This document shows positions 48,114 through 62,892 of a stretch of DNA of 64,000 bases, in pieces. Source of the DNA: Cystobasidiomycetes sp. EMM_F5 (Eukaryota). Every line of letters begins with the position of its first letter. Positions within the stretch are counted from its first letter, which is position 1. The stretch is taken from assembly GCA_051047955.1 (NCBI GenBank), contig JBPGPT010000025.1, positions 124,001 to 188,000 on the forward strand, in the 5' to 3' direction. The notes beneath the pieces are model-generated. The model was given only the letters and a program-made list of their open reading frames with translations. It did not search any database and had not been told where the DNA came from. The position numbers were made by a program, and so were the translations under genes.

Positions 48114-50765
48114 ATGGCTCACTCTGCAGCGATGGACATGTTTACTGATAACGATGATAATGATAACGATGGCCTGCCGTGGAAGGCGAACGAGCTTGAT
48201 GCGATTAGGTCTCGCAGGCCAGACGGGCAATTGCTGTTTGATAGGCTGCTCGAGCTGGCTGGCGTCGACGGTGAGCGAGTAACGACGACGTGCAAGATAT
48301 CTTTTTGATCTGACGGACTCGCGCAGCCTCGCTCTATCCGCCGGAAGACTACGCTGGCCTCCGACGACTGCTAAGTCACATTTACGACGGCGAGCACTTT
48401 GACGCCCTCAAGAAGGACTGCCTCGTATACTATTTGCTGCACGAGTACGGAGACTCGCGACATGCTGCATTTGCACGAAAGAAGCGGATCGTGCGGGCAT
48501 GTTTCCAAAGAACTGATGTATCGTCATGCTGACCGTTGGGAACGTGGATATCCACAGCCAAAGGCATTCGTAAAGGCCATAGACGGCTACTGGTCGTTGG
48601 ATCACGACGAATGCGAAGAGGGACTCAAGCAGCTAGTAGCGCCAGGCGTCGAGCCAAATGTACGTGTCGAATGACGTTGGAGTCGATGTGCCATGCATAC
48701 TCATTCACACCCCACCCTCCAGTTTGTTTGCGCAATCCTGGCGCAGATTTCCACGCTGCCCGATAGGAAAGAGCGCGCTAGTCTCATAGCCAACTTTGTC
48801 ACATTCGCAGACATATCATCTCCCCTCAACTACAACGATTCTCTCCTCGTAGCAGACGCCCTTCTAGACGCGTCAAACGTCACTGAAGCCATGGTGTGGT
48901 ATCGTCGACTGGCTGCCGAAAATTCCGCGCAAGATGAGACAAGTATAGTAAGGCAGACAATGGCAAGACTTTGCGAACGTTGCTTCACTTGTGAGCGTGT
49001 TTGTCTCTGCGCGCGATAAGTTGGTGTCACTGACAAATCCAACAGCGTCTCCCCCGCTTGAAAACGCATTGCACAAACTCCTCTCGTTCCCGTTCACCCC
49101 GATCGAAGAGTCTGCGATCCTGGAATGGGCAGAGACTGCAGTAAAGCCTACATCATCCTACTCTAGCAAGATTGCTCCGCGTGTTAACGAGTGGTGCACC
49201 AGTCGCATGGTCGCTCTTGGCCGGTACGCCTGTAATACTGACGCATTGAGCTTCTTTACCCTGCTGACGGTCTCCCACACGACAGCTACGTGGAAGCCAT
49301 TGCCCTCCTGTCATCGTCACTACCGACCTTGCGATCGCTCGGGGATGCTCATCGCAAAGCGACAGACAGCATTGCATCCCTGACATTGGCGCTTCCGCCT
49401 GTACTGCGGTCGGCTCTGGATGTTTCGCTAGCTGCACCGACTTCCAACGGACCAGATTCAGCCTCCTATGCAGCCGTCGCGCGCAAAGATGCTACTACCA
49501 AGGACAAGGAAGCCGTGTCTGGTGCCATTGCACAAGTGTCGTGGCTCCCGAAACCGGCAGGGCTCAGCGTCAGACCCGCTAGCACTCTAGCTCAAGCGCA
49601 AGCTGACGATGCGGCTCGAGCTGAAGCTGTAGCCGGTGGACCACCGCTCTCACGAGCTCTCCATCTGCCCCTTTCAGCAAGCGGTCTTCTCCGAGCAGAC
49701 AAGGGTCGAGCAGTCGCAAGCCAAGGTGCGAAGCGAGATGCGAGAATGGACGTTCTCAATGCCCTCCGTAAGGGAAGTACCAACGACACTGCCGGCAATC
49801 CCCGCAAAAGCAGCCTCATCGCTGAAGGTCTGAATGGTGCCAGGCGATCAGGCAGCCCATTCACAGCTGCCTCTCCCTCTTCTGTCCGCGTTCTTCCACC
49901 GACTGCACGGATCAACTCGCCGTTCTCGGTCGCCCTACCGTCTTCTAGCACAAAATCGACGATGCAACAGGGTACCGGCACAACGACCGTTCGAGGCTTT
50001 GGCGGAGGTGCGCGTCATCTGCCAACACCCACGCGACTTGACTTTACGGAGCAATTGCGCAAGCATGCCTCAAACAGGCAAACTGCCCTCGCTTATCGTG
50101 ACGATGTACCGAAGCTCACGCCCGCCCCGTCAGGTTCAGCTCGTAAAGCTGGACGGGCCAAGGTTGCAGACCAAAGGGCGGAGAACGAGGAAGGTAACGA
50201 TGCAAGACAAGCTCAACCAGATGAAAGAGGTCACGAGCCGTCCCGCTCACACCAGCGTAGTCTACCTCCTGGAGCTTTCTTACACTCTGACGAGGAATCT
50301 GATGATGATCAAGCACAAGAGCGACAACAGAATAACGACAACAACGAGATGGCCGAAGAAGGTGGACCAGCGAGATCTACGCGTGAAGGGGCCAGGCAAC
50401 AGTCTTCCATCCCTCCAAATCAGGATCGAGGTAGTAAGAAGGGCGGAAGTAGGACATCGTCTCAGCGTGAACCACCACCTCCTCCTGCACCCACGCCGAG
50501 CAAGAAGGGTCGCAAGGCAAAGGTGGACGGTAGTCGAGAAGCGTCTAGGCCGGCGGCATCGAAAAGTCGCAGTTCAAACATGCTGACTACATCGACACCT
50601 GCCAAGGCTACGAGAAGGAGCACGCGACTGGCGAGTGTCGCCCTCGACGAGGAGGACGAGAACGAGGATGACGACGAGGATGAAAGTATGGTTGAGGATT
50701 CGATGATTGGACGTGGTGGGCGGACTGTCGCGCAGACTCAGACGCTGCGACGGCGGCGGGCGTAG
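48114..50765 (+). CDS. ELYS-like nuclear pore assembly protein with long disordered tail, multi-exon
   Basis: LLFDRLLELAGV|...LYPP...LKKDCLVYYLL...IDGYWSLDH matches the fungal ELYS-like domain. S/R/K-rich tail with RRSTRL. Confidence 0.75.
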
Positions 50766-50902
50766 TGAATGCGAGCCATGCCACGACGGTAATGTCAGTC
50801 GTTGCATGCCAAGATCTGTTCGTAGTCCCGTTATGAATCGCATTTGCTTTGTCCATTTCTGACCGTTCTTGGCAACCACCCCAACGAGCACCCTGCCAGA
50901 CG

Positions 50903-51972
50903 ATGCCGCCCATTGTCGAGCGTATAGCCCGAGCGCTGCGCCTTGGACGCTGGAAGTACTTTCGTGGATGTGAGCTCCGAGCTGCGAGGTTGTCGATATC
51001 TGAAGGCTGAATTGACGGTGCATACGGCCAGACGACCTCGAAGGTGATTGTTTAATACGAAGCCAGCATCATGATAACTCGCTGAAGCTGCCCGTCCTGC
51101 CAGGAAACCGCTACTTTGAGCTTCCGCATCCTCTGAGTGCGAACGAAAGCAAGATGTGCTGAAGCTGACGATGCTGACCATGTCTTTGGTGGTGCTGACC
51201 AGACCCCGGCGCAGTCAAGCGGACCGTAGACTACCGCGTCAAGCGAGAGTGGAGCGAGTATGGCTCGCACAGTATGCCCGTGGGTGCGAATGTCGAGCTC
51301 GCCGTTTTGATTTGGCTGACATCCCCCGCAATATGCAGATACAGTGGTCTACGTGGCTCCGGCAGACACGGCAGGACGCTCCGACGATGCAAGAGCTCCA
51401 GAAGGACGCTTTCCGACAGGCAAAGTTGAAGGAAGACGTCGTCGAGCTGGAAAGGGCTTACCAGCAGGAAAGGGCTACATTACTGGCTGAGCAACAGCGT
51501 ACGAATCGAATAGAACCGCCGCGGTCGGATGAGTCGTCTGCGACCAATGATGGCAAGGCGCAAGCGTATCCTTCGTCTGCGCAGCCGGCAGTCGTCCCCA
51601 CATCTTCTGCCGAAACGGGTCATCCTTACGATCAGGAAGCTGGAGCGAGCATACCCAAAACGACCGATGATGGTGGTCTCTACACTGGCTACGGACAGAG
51701 TACAACGGAAAGAAAGCAAACGGTGGCTGCCCTGGACGTCGCCGCTGACAGAAATATGGGCAAGGCCAGCAAGGAAGCGCAGCTCAGGGAGGGCGTAGCA
51801 AAGAGAGGTGAGCAGTTGCCTCTTTTCGTGCATCGTAAATCGTCCTCATATCATGCGTTTTCTAGCATCCGCATCTGACACGCATCAAACCCAAAAACCG
51901 GATGCTCCGGCGATTCCTACTGGCAATGACTATGCTCCCGAAGCGTGGAAGCCTGTATCACGTCGTCGGTGA
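50903..51972 (+). CDS. Complex I assembly factor NDUFAF2/mimitin-like (NDUFA12 family), several small exons
   Basis: Spliced ...KYFRG|YDLEG|NRYFELPHPL|...KRTVDY...P|IQWSTWLRQTRQDAPTMQEL...YAPEAWKPVSRRR*. Confidence 0.8.
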
Positions 51973-52670
51973 TGCTCGTGATGCTTTGTCGTACCAGTGG
52001 GAAGTATGTACATGCGTGTACACTGTATTAGACGTGCGGCGTACTCGAAGGTACTGCGGGGACAGCGAGACCGTAGCAAACAGTATTCCACGCTCGACTG
52101 GCCTGCCTCATACCAATTTTCTATTGATGACGAGCCACAACACCCGTCCATATGAGCTCTGCTATAGGTCTGGCTAAGGTCTCCACCCAAACAACCTACA
52201 CAATTCGCGCGTCCAACATCGTGCTCATTCCCCGTCGTCTCGCCCCTCAATCTACCTGACCATGCTTCGAGAGAGTCCTACGTGAGGCCGTGTATGGATA
52301 ATCGAGTCAACATCCCCGACATCCAGTGTTGCGGACGAGTCTAGATGCCAATGAAGGGGTATTTCTGTAGGCGACTTGACAGGAATTGTAGTTCCCAGTG
52401 TATCGTACAGACGTACGCCGTGATGATGCTGTGCAAAATAATTAATGAGCCCTGCCGCAGCTTGAATACGCTCAAAAGTACACCCTTTACGCGTTCCCTG
52501 ACCCGGTCCGAGCCGAGGGTGGCTGACAAATCACCTACCTGCGTCGGCCCGACATGTTACCGAGGGGAAGATTTCTGACAATTGCATCATTCTTCAAGGC
52601 AATAAGTGGAGAGCTTGCAACAGTCGCAGCCTGCCTTTCATTCAACATATCGTACATTCAGTCAGTCACA

Positions 52671-54087
52671 ATGACCCGCAACCTATCCCTCGTCTTCAAG
52701 AAGGTGCCCAAGGGTGAGCACTGGGTGATTGTGAAGAGATCTGCAAGTTGTTATGGACACTGATTCGGTACGCTCCGTTCATTCAGGCGAACCCGTCATA
52801 GGAGAGACGTTTGCTATTGAGGATAGGCCTATCGACCTCGACCAGGAGCTCGAGAAGGGAAGCTTACTCGTCAAGGTATGTTTCCGAACTCATACATTGC
52901 AATCAACAAGCTGAGGGGTATGACTTGCGTACGCAGAACAAGTACATCAGCGCAGATCCTTACATGCGCGGGAGATTGAGGGATCCGTCGGTCAAGAGCT
53001 ATGCCCCAGCATACCAGCTCAACGAGCCTATGGATTCTCGCGGTGTGGCAGAGGTCATCAAATCTGCCAACGACAACTTTAAGAAAGGCCAACTCATCTC
53101 TGTCCCTGGCAAGATCGCAGAATACGTAGTTGTACCAGAGGCCAACGCGAAAACAGCTCGCATCATTAATCCATCCTCCAAAGTCGATCTTGGCCATCAA
53201 ATTGGCGCATTGGGAATGCCCGGTTTGACAGCGTGTGAGCAGACTCGAGTCAAAAGCTGCTTGACATACGGCTAACGCGCTGGACAGACTCCTCCTTGTA
53301 CGAAATCGGGCATCCCAAAAAGGGCGAAGTCATTTGGGTGTCGGCTGCCAGTGGAGCAGTGGGGCAGATTGTGTGTCAGCTCGCCAAACACGAGGGCTTG
53401 ACGGTCATTGCTAGCGTTGGCGACGACCGCAAAGTGGAGTTTATGAAGAACGAGTTGGGAATTGAGCACACCTTCAATTACAAGAAGCAAGACACGAACG
53501 AGGCATTGAAGAAATTTGCGCCGGAAGGTATTGATATCTTCTACGATGTGAGACTTACGAGTATTCGTCGGTAGTATGTGTAGCTGATCTCGTTTTCTGT
53601 CGAAGAATGTCGGCGGCGAACAGCTTGAGATCGCCATTGACCACCTGAACAACGAAGGGCGGATAAGTAAGTGTTCAATGTTAAGTCGTGTCTGTCTGGA
53701 CATCTCGCTGAGACGTATGTTTCACCCCCAGTTGCGTGTGGTGCTATAAGTCAGTACAATCTGTCGCCAGAAAAGCGGTATGGCGTCAAGAACATGTTCA
53801 ACTTTGTCTCCAAGAGGCTACTCATGAAGGGCTTCATCGTAGGTGCACAGATTTTTCATCCTGACATTGAAGCTGAGTGATTTTCGTTCGGTCAGGTTGG
53901 AGACAAAGATTTCGCACCCAAGTATTACGCGGATCACCAAAAGAATGTTGGGAAATGGCTCGAGGAAGGCAGCTTCAAGGCCAAGCTACACGTGGAGGAG
54001 GGGATTGAGCGTGCCGGCGAAGCCATCATGACTCTGTTCTCGAAAGACGAGAGCAACTTCGGTAAAGTAGTTATCAAGGTCAATTAA
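52671..54087 (+). CDS. Zinc-independent NADP-dependent MDR oxidoreductase (PTGR1/LTB4DH-like), multi-exon
   Basis: YISADPYMRGR, ALGMPGLTA, VSAASGAVGQIVCQLAK, GIDIFYD|NVGGE, CGAISQYN, NFGKVVIKV. Confidence 0.92.
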
Positions 54088-54311
54088 TCGTTGAAGTTAG
54101 TTTCGCATGCCTGTTAGTTTGAGTAGCAAATGAGTTATTCGCAAATTTGCAAGAGCACCCGCTGTTCGTGTATGGCTGTCCTTACTGTATCCGACGCCAC
54201 TCTCGGCATCCGTACAATTGTCGTGTGTCTTGAAATGTGAGCTGACGAGTACTACTGATCTACTAATCATTGCTGAAGACTCGCTGACCGTCTCCAATTA
54301 CCCGAAAAGTA

Positions 54312-56286
54312 ATGAAGTGGCTTCTATTGACCGCACTGGCAGCAGCCGGGCATATCGTAAACGGCGCTACAATCCAAGACTACTCACAGTCGAACCAGTA
54401 CCCTTTCCTGTCGAAGCACGATCGTCTAGGGCCCGCAAGCGATGATATCCTCTACAGCCTCTTCGAAAGCGAACACCATCCCGGCTATGCGATGCGTTAC
54501 GTCCGCAACGATGGCTTCTGCGACTCGCCGGATGTTAAGTCTTGGAGTGGTTACCTCGACACGGACGAAGATACGCACATGTTCTTTGTCTTTTTCGAAT
54601 CACGCAGCAAGCCAAAAGAGGACGATGTCATTCTGTGGTTTACCGGTAATCTTCGTTTCGCCCGCTGTATATGAGATATTCGAGGCTGACGCTTCAAATC
54701 AGGTGGACCTGGATGCTCTAGCAGTCTAGCCCTGTTCATGGAGAATGGCCCGTAAGACTTGTCCTGTCCGGCTTAGGTACTCGAAGAACAGGCTGATTAT
54801 CGTAATAGATGTCAAATCGTGGAAGAAGGGCCTGTCAATGGAACAGCGCAAACCAAAGTCAATCCCTATAGCTGGAATAACAATGCAAATCTAATTTTCC
54901 TTGACCAGCCGTGAGTCGATTCGCCGACGAACATCGGGCTCGCTGATAGTTAACACAATGTTTGAGCAGTATTGGTGTCGGCTTCTCTTACGCAGACCAT
55001 CACAAGCACGTTGGTACAACGGAGAAGTACGAAGCATTGTTCCGTATAGGTGCCACGGCCGGCTAAGATATCCAAACAGAGCCGCCAAAGATGTTGACAA
55101 ATTCGTTCGCATGTTTTTCGAAACGTTCGCCGATTTGAAAGGTCGACGATTCCACCTGGCCGGCGAGTCTTACGCTGGGCGTTATCTGCCACTGTTCGGT
55201 GTCGAAATTGCAGATGGCAATCGCAAAGCGGTAATCGGCGGACACACTCCAGTCAATCTTGTTTCCGTTTTAATCGGAAATGGGCTCGTCGACGATATCA
55301 CCACGATTCCTACGTATTACGATCAAGCCTGTACCCGCATCAAGGGAGCACCAAACACACCAGTACTCGACGCTAAAACCTGCACAACAATGCAAAGTAT
55401 GGTAAGTGTACATTCGCACAGTAGTATCGGTCAGAGCGCGTTTGACCCACGTATGTACAGGTACCACGGTGTACAAACTGGCTCAAGAGGGCATGTGTTG
55501 ATAACCACGACCCCATTCTATGTCAGCAGGCGCATGATTGGTGTGACAGTCAATTCATGTGGCCATATTTTGCAGCGAAATGGAATCCATACAACGTGAA
55601 TCATTCATGTCCATCGCTCGAGGTCGACCTATGTTATTCAGCTTCGACGAGAATCAAGTATCTGCTGGATGATGCCGGCATGCGGAAGAAGTTGGGTGTG
55701 TCACCCGACTTTCCGGAGTTCGTCGAGTGCTCGCGCGATGTCGCACGGAGGTTCGGTAGAAGAGCGGACGAAACGCCGCTGATTGGCACCTACGTGAGCA
55801 TAATCCAGAGGCAACCTCCCCTGCTGTGCTGAGCCAGCTGTGACACAGTACTTTGTTGCGGCATTATTGGAGAGGGGTGTCGATATACGTGAGCGGGAAA
55901 TGTGGAGACCTGTTGACCTTGGCGAAGTTATACTAATCTCCACCATGGGAAAGTGATTTACAATGGCATCCTCGATTTTATCTGCAATTCTTTCTCCAAC
56001 GCGGTCTGGCTAGACAACTTGGTATGGACTGGAGCAGAGCATTACAGGGCATCCAACACGAAGCCTTGGATCTTGAAGAATGGAGAGGCCGCTGGAGAGC
56101 TGAAATCTGCCAAAAGCGCAGCCGGTGCAACCCTGAGTGAGCCTGAATGCTTAATTTGCGGGCTAACGAGCTGATACATGCCTGTCAGCTTTTCTCCGGA
56201 TTGACGGGGCCGGCCACATGGTTCCTTACGACCAACCGAAGGCTGCGTTGGAGATGTTACAGTCTCACCTTGTGGGCGGGTTCTAA
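54312..56286 (+). CDS. Serine carboxypeptidase S10 (carboxypeptidase Y-like), secreted or vacuolar, multi-exon
   Basis: Signal peptide, [31 protein letters not shown] (catalytic Ser), [10 protein letters not shown] (Asp), [11 protein letters not shown] (His). Confidence 0.93.
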
Positions 56287-56461
56287 AACTAGCCTGTATT
56301 TTCCTATACCATCATGATGTGGCAAATCGACGCTCAGGCCGCGTCTACGCAAGAGTATGTGAAAGCGAGGTTGAAGGCCCATATTCTGGCATAGTAGCAA
56401 CGATACGATGGCTGCGGTTGATACGCGGTTCACATGGCTACAAGTAAAGCTACAGATCGCA

Positions 56462-59400
56462 TCAGCCTTTCAAAGTTTCGGCAAACGCAGTGGCATCGTT
56501 GTTCTGGCTGTACTCGTTGTCCGCATCATCCAACTCCTGCAAGCTGTCCAGCAACTGCTTCTGCGTCAGGGCTTTGTTGGGATCCTTCTTCTTGTCAGCC
56601 GATGCTTCGCCATCGCCTAGAGTAAAGAGATCCATGACGTTTTCAGTGTCCATGGAGCCGAGTTCTGTATTCTGCTGGTTCACAACTGAGCTTGCTATAT
56701 TGAGCTTGAAGCGCTGCAATCCCATGATCTTCTCTTCCAATGTACCGCGGGCAATAAGTCGATATACATTGACCACACGCTTTTGGCCCAGGCGATGTGC
56801 ACGATCCATAGCTTGCAGATCTTTCATTGGGTTCCAGTCGTGCTCAACGAAAATTACGGTATCTGCGCCTGTAAGGTTGAGTCCCAGACCGCCGACTTGG
56901 GTCGTGAGCAGCAAACAATCAATCGACGGGTCCGCGTTGAATTTTTGCACGATGCCGTGACGCTGATGCGGGGGAGTTGAGCCATCGAGTCGCATGTACG
57001 ACACGCTAGGGAGGTGTTTTGCGAACAAAGTAGTGGCGATAAGATCCATCATTGACTTCATCTGACAGAATATCAGCGCGCGATGAGGAACTACTGCGGA
57101 CTCCGCTGTATTTGCTGCTTCATCTGCTCCAATGCCACAGTCTTGCAACAATTGTCTAGTTATAGTCAATCAGCATAAGTACGTGAGTGTGCTCCCTACT
57201 TGTCACTCACTTGAGTGCTACCAATTTTGGGGCTTGTTCAATTGCATGTATGCGACTGGGATCCAGCAAATCGTGCTTGACCAAAATTCTGTGCTGGGAC
57301 GGATTGTCTGGTTCCAGCACCAAGGTTGGATGGTTGATCAGCTTGCGCAGATACTGCAAGGCCTGGAATGTGTTGCTATCAATCTTCCCAGAACGAGCTT
57401 TGCTGGTGCCAGATGCTGATTGATCTGGGTCGATGGAAGAACGCTGATCGTATGCTTCGTACAGATCTGTTTGCAGCGGTGATAATTCGCAGTAATAATC
57501 CTGAATGATCTTTGGTGGCAAGTCATCCAGCACGTCCTCCTTGAGCCTGCGAAGCAAGAACGGTAAGACCTGTTTGTGCAATGCCTCGAGAGCTAGAGCG
57601 CCTGCGGAAATTATCAGCGGGCTTGCCTCACCAGTATCGCGCTTTTTGACGCACCAGCCTCCTGCTCCCTCGATGAGCTCCGCGCATCGCGGCTTTGCTG
57701 TATGGGTTTACTAAAACGGCGATTGAATGCCTCTTCCGTCCCGAGGAAGCCAGGCATGAGAAAATCGAAAAGTGACCAGAGTTCTAGAACGTTGTTTTGG
57801 ATAGGTGTACCGGACAGGATCAGACGGTGAACAGCGCGCAGACGTTTGACTGCTTGCGACAGCTTCGTCTTGTGGTTCTTGATGATGTGACCTTCATCGA
57901 GCACGCAATACAGCCACTGGAATTTTGAGAGTATATCGATGTCGTTGCGAACGACATCGTAGGAAGTAATGATTATATCGAATTTGTTCAGGCTGGACGC
58001 GATTTCAATCCGGTTGTATCGGTCTCCAGCATAAACCACGCTTTTGAGGTTACCGGCGTACGTTGCTATCTCTTGCCGCCAGTGGCCTGTCAATGTCGGA
58101 GGGCAAACGACCAAAGTTGGGAGATGTACAGTATCAGGCGACTTGGTTTCGAGGTATCGCTGAGAGCGCTCATATGTCTTGCTTGCGATGATGCATATTG
58201 TCTGCAGTGTTTTTCCCAGTCCCATATCGTCGCATAGTATACCATGTAACTGATATTTGGCAAGGAAAGCCAGCCAAGACACGCCTTCCCTTTGGTATTT
58301 TCGTAAAGTGATGGAAATTTTGATCGGCAATTCGTACTGGACGACTCTACTGCCATCGAGCAGTTGTACAAGAAACTCCCGTTCGTCCGCCCTTTTCCGC
58401 ATCATATCTGCGGAGAATCCCGGTGGGTCCGGCAAACCAGCTTCAAGAGGAACAAGCTTCACGAGCGAGGCAAATGTATTTGTCGCGAGAAGTCGAATAT
58501 CGTCCTCGGGATCGGTCATGCGTCCCAAAAGCGGCACGATGAGAAAGATGACATAAGGCAGGATTTTCAACTCCATGCGGTCCACCAGACCTTTCGGAGT
58601 GCAGTCACAGTCAGCATAGAGTGTCTCTGTTGTATATGGGCACGTACGTGTGATAACTTCGACAGCCCCGCGTCGACGATTCAAGGAAAGAGGATCTGCC
58701 ACAAGGGGCACAATGTCTTTGATGACGCTTTGGAAGCCAGCCTCTGGCATGCAGTCGCAAAGCACAGAATAGGTGTTGGCTGCCACATGACGAACAAGTG
58801 CGAAAGAGCTCTGAATTGCTACCACAAGATGAGGTAGAAGCTGGCCGACTGTGGCTTGTGCAGATGCACTCAGCAACGGTGTGATTGCGCCTACGACTGT
58901 TAGACAGTCGAGCACCTCTTGCCCGCTCACGTCATCCCCGTTGAATGTTGCATCCGCTAATGATGCATTCGACCCCTGCAACCGCTGCACCAGTGCCTCG
59001 CTCATGGCATCAAGCAATTTCGGCACACGGAGGAACACCTCATCGCCATATGTCGCACATACACGAGCCAAGGCAATTTTAGCACCCCGAGGAATCAAGC
59101 GAGCTTTCGAGATTACGGCATTGTCGTTATCCTGTGTAGCACGCTGAGCCGCCGCTTTGTTCTGCTTGATGCGTTTAGTACTTGGTGCGGCAGCTGATGC
59201 ATCTTGGGAAAGTTCGAAAATAGTTTGTGGAGTCGACTTGTGCGCGGCAAAAAGCGGTGTCAGCGTTGTGTCTTGGCATAAGAAAGCGCATAGATTCTTG
59301 ATGATCTTGTCAGACGGGTTCACTTTGCTGCTTTGGGCATCTGGTCGATTGCACAATTCGATGAAGTCTGACAAGCTGTGAGCTGCGCGGGTTTGTAAGT

Positions 59401-62400
59401 CAATATTGGCTTCGAATTTGACCCCGTTCATGAGGCTTCGAATGAGAGGATTCATTTTCGCGGGGAGATGTTGCAGAGCGACGGAAGCAGCGGCTAGTGC
59501 GGAGAAGACTTGCGTGTCCATGGCCTCCTGCATGTTTTTCATGTACACCACCTCTGTCCGAATTTTTGTCGCCAACTCCTCCAGGATGGGCAATGCGACT
59601 GAACGTTGCTTCGCACCTACCAAGGGTATCAGAGCCGGGTAATGCTGGTCGATAAGCGTAATCGCGTGATCTAGGCTGAACTCGTGCTCCGAAGCCGACG
59701 CGATTGCAGGAATTTGCGCAGCGGGCACTTTGCCTTTGTTCTTGAAAATGTTCAGCAAGTGCTGACAGTGATCCAAAATCTGGCTGAGCAGGCCCGATGT
59801 TTCGGAGTAAGCAGTCGCTGCGTTGAGCTCAAGGGCGTTGACGATTATCGGAGCCAGGCGCTGGACCAACGGAGAAGTGGTAGGCAACGGCAAAGCCGCT
59901 GTTGCATGGGCACTCCATTCCTGTATGAGGATGCACGCAAAGGATATCTGATGGCTGGATGATGACGTTAAATAAGCACCAAACAATTCACCAAGATTGC
60001 CTTCGTGTAGCTCGGCTGGCCAGTGTGCGAACAGACTTCCCAGAGCTTCGGCTGCCGCCAGACGACCGCGAAGTGTCTCCTCGATAGTGATCAGGCCTAA
60101 GTCCTGGGTAGTTATCGGTTTATCCACGTTATATACTCCCGTAGCGCTGCGATCGAATTCAGAAGGCTTCCAGAAGTGGCTTGTGTTTAGAGCTTGGCCT
60201 GGAGATGTCATCAGGATGTCGAACCATCCGTACAGGAGTGGCAAAGTTAGACTCCGCAATTTTGCAATGCCCTCGGTCGTTTTTGACAACAATCGGATTA
60301 TTGTATACCAAGCAGTCAGAGTGGCCACTCTCGTTTCCGTCTGCTGTTCGACTATGAGGTTTTGATATAATAGTCGAAGAAGGCGAACGTCGATCCAGGG
60401 CGAAGATGTGTCAGATGATATCGATAAGAACACTTGTAGGACCGAAACCACCGCGAGCCTGACTGATGAGATCGTGTGTCGAAAGAAGGGGAACAATATC
60501 GGAACAAAGCGAACCAGACCATGACTGTACATTGAACGAAGATCAGCCTTGAGCATATCAGAAGAACCAGCATGTCAACAGCGTACCCAGGATCCCCATT
60601 GTTCAGCAAATTTAGTACCCGTTCGTGACGAATCAATGAACCTAGGAGATCCATGACTGAACCTACTGAGCTGGAAAGATCGTCTTTCAGGTCAGACAGA
60701 CAAGTCCAGATTGCTTGCAGCAAGACTAGAATGCTGTCATCGCTTTCCGAGGCAACGACTTGGTTGGACAAGGGTAACAGAGCGGCTGCAGCGACCCCTC
60801 GAACATCGTCATCGCTATCTGACAGACCAGTTGTACACGCAGCCAATACGTCTGCCAGCCTCTCGCTCCACAATCTGCGAGGTGACGAGGCATTGGCGAC
60901 TGTCCTTTCGGATTTCGCACTTGCTCGAAAAAGATCTTCTCGAACCGCCACTAGGTATTTCAGACCTAACAGCCCTGCATGCCTGACCTCCCAGAAATAT
61001 GGTTGCCGCCCGGTACGCTGCTCAGCCAGCCTGATCTTCTGGATTTCCAGTTGTGAGATCATTTCGATTGAGATTCGGAGAACAACGTCCGTGACGCTGT
61101 CGGGTGTGTGAAGAAGGAGTGTAGCGAGTGTCTGAGAAGCTGTCTCGCGAACGGGCGCCATGACCTGATCGCCGATAAAGTCTCCGAAGCGATCCAGCGC
61201 GAATACAGTGAGTAAAGAGGATGCAAGACCTGAACACCACGTAGCGTGCGCTGTTGCGTTCTGCATCTGAGATTGTCCGGCAGTCATCCCGCCAGATACG
61301 CCCTGTAGCTTGAGCAGCTCGCGCAGCCCCAATGCGGCACCATGCCGCTTCTCCCACGCTGCATCCAGCAAGTCGCTTTGCAGTGCTCGTACAATTGTCG
61401 TGAATGGCCACTCACCGGCTGGAGGCATCCAGCTTGATTCGACTGCATCTATTGTGTCGTCTCTGACTTCGTCGCCGTTGACGGGCTCCGTCTTGACTTT
61501 TGACCCTCGGTATGATATCGTTACGATGTCTGATATGTTACCGCCGGTAGTGATACGAGTCTCATCAGTGCCTTTGGATGGAGGAAATCCAGATTCTGTC
61601 TCCTCTTTCTTGACGGTAGTCGAGGAGGATGGGACAGGAGACGGTGAGTGGCTAGTGATGCTGCTCGAGGAAGCCAACGCTTCCGTCTTGCGAATTTTCG
61701 TTGGAGGCAGCACAGGTGGAGTCGGACTGGCTGAAGACGAGCCGTTTAGACCAGCAACTCCAGCTTTTCGCTTGCGCTTCAAGGCAGCTCTTTCACGGGC
61801 ACTCAGGCCGGCCATTTCTTCCTCCTTTGCAGCCTCTGCTCGTTTTGCTTGGGCTTCTGCCGCAGCTGCTGCTTGCGCACCTTCTGCAAGCTCTGCCTCT
61901 ACGTCGACACCGAGATTTGCATTGTCGGCTCCCGGCACAGACAATCCGAGCGACTTGACAATATCTCTTGTTGCGTCTTTACCAGACGAGCCATCTACGT
62001 CGCCTCGAAACTCATTCCCGGTCGACGCCAGTAGGGATTGTTGGTGTAGGAGGATTTCTGTCAGATTGAATGCAGACAGAGCATTATCTGCTGGGAGGTC
62101 AGGATCGCCGTGTATACCATCCTGGGAATGATTGGTGATTGGTTGCCATACTCCGGCTGCTCTCGATATGCATTCTACTGCCGTCGCAGCTGCGCTTCTC
62201 GTTTCCCATGTACTGCTGTGGAGGTAGGGCAGGACCCGCACGAGGAGGTTGACGACCTCCTCCCACTCGCCCTCCAGACCGCGGTATATCTGCGATGCCC
62301 CACTGCCAGTCTGGGATGCCTCTGCCGCAGCGTCTTGGATGCTAAACTCGTCCTTTGCCCCGACTTTCCTCGACGACGACGACGACGCGGGCAGCTGATG

Positions 62401-62615
62401 CCTGATGGACGAGCTGCCTCCGGACGAGTGAGTGGACGCTCTCGCTACACGCTGTCCTGCGATAGCTCCGAGCTGCCTGGCTGCCGTCGTTCGAACGAGC
62501 GGTGTCGAGCCAGTGCTCAGCAGGAGCAGCAGCCGGTCGAGCCTGCCCAGTTGATCATCAGCCTCTCAGCCATAGTCCAAGTCAGTGATCAGTCATTAGC
62601 AGACCTCGTAGTCAT
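56462..62615 (-). CDS. MOT1: TBP-associated Swi2/Snf2 ATPase Mot1/BTAF1
   Basis: MTTR|LDRLLLLL..GST...AARQLG, WETRSAA, DRFGDFIGDQVMAPVRET, LCDDMGLGKTLQT, LDEGH, SGTPIQNN, QAMDRAHRLGQ. Confidence 0.97.
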
Positions 62616-62892
62616 CGTTTCAGCGCTGTGGTCAGTTGGTAGAGATCCAACGATGGATGGCCAGTAAACGGCACATTCATCCTCGGAAACGGTCTGTAGG
62701 AATGGGCTGAAAGTTGGCTGATATGCTTACGAGCAGTGTAGGATGAAGTTAAACCTCGCCGCGTAGCCGTAGCTGTGATTCCTGGCTGTTTCCAATCTAC
62801 GATTTCAAACTTCGATGACGGAGTTTCAAGTCGGATATTAACTGCTTCTTTCTTTCCTTTCTCCAATCCAATTAAAGTATTCCATTACAAAC

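Noticed and set aside
49834..50586. 250-aa alternative-frame ORF
   Set aside because: Overlaps the GC-rich, low-complexity tail of the ELYS-like gene, where off-frame stops are naturally rare.
61310..62131. 273-aa plus-strand ORF
   Set aside because: Antisense shadow of the MOT1 coding exon, with Ser/Ala-rich composition and no motifs.
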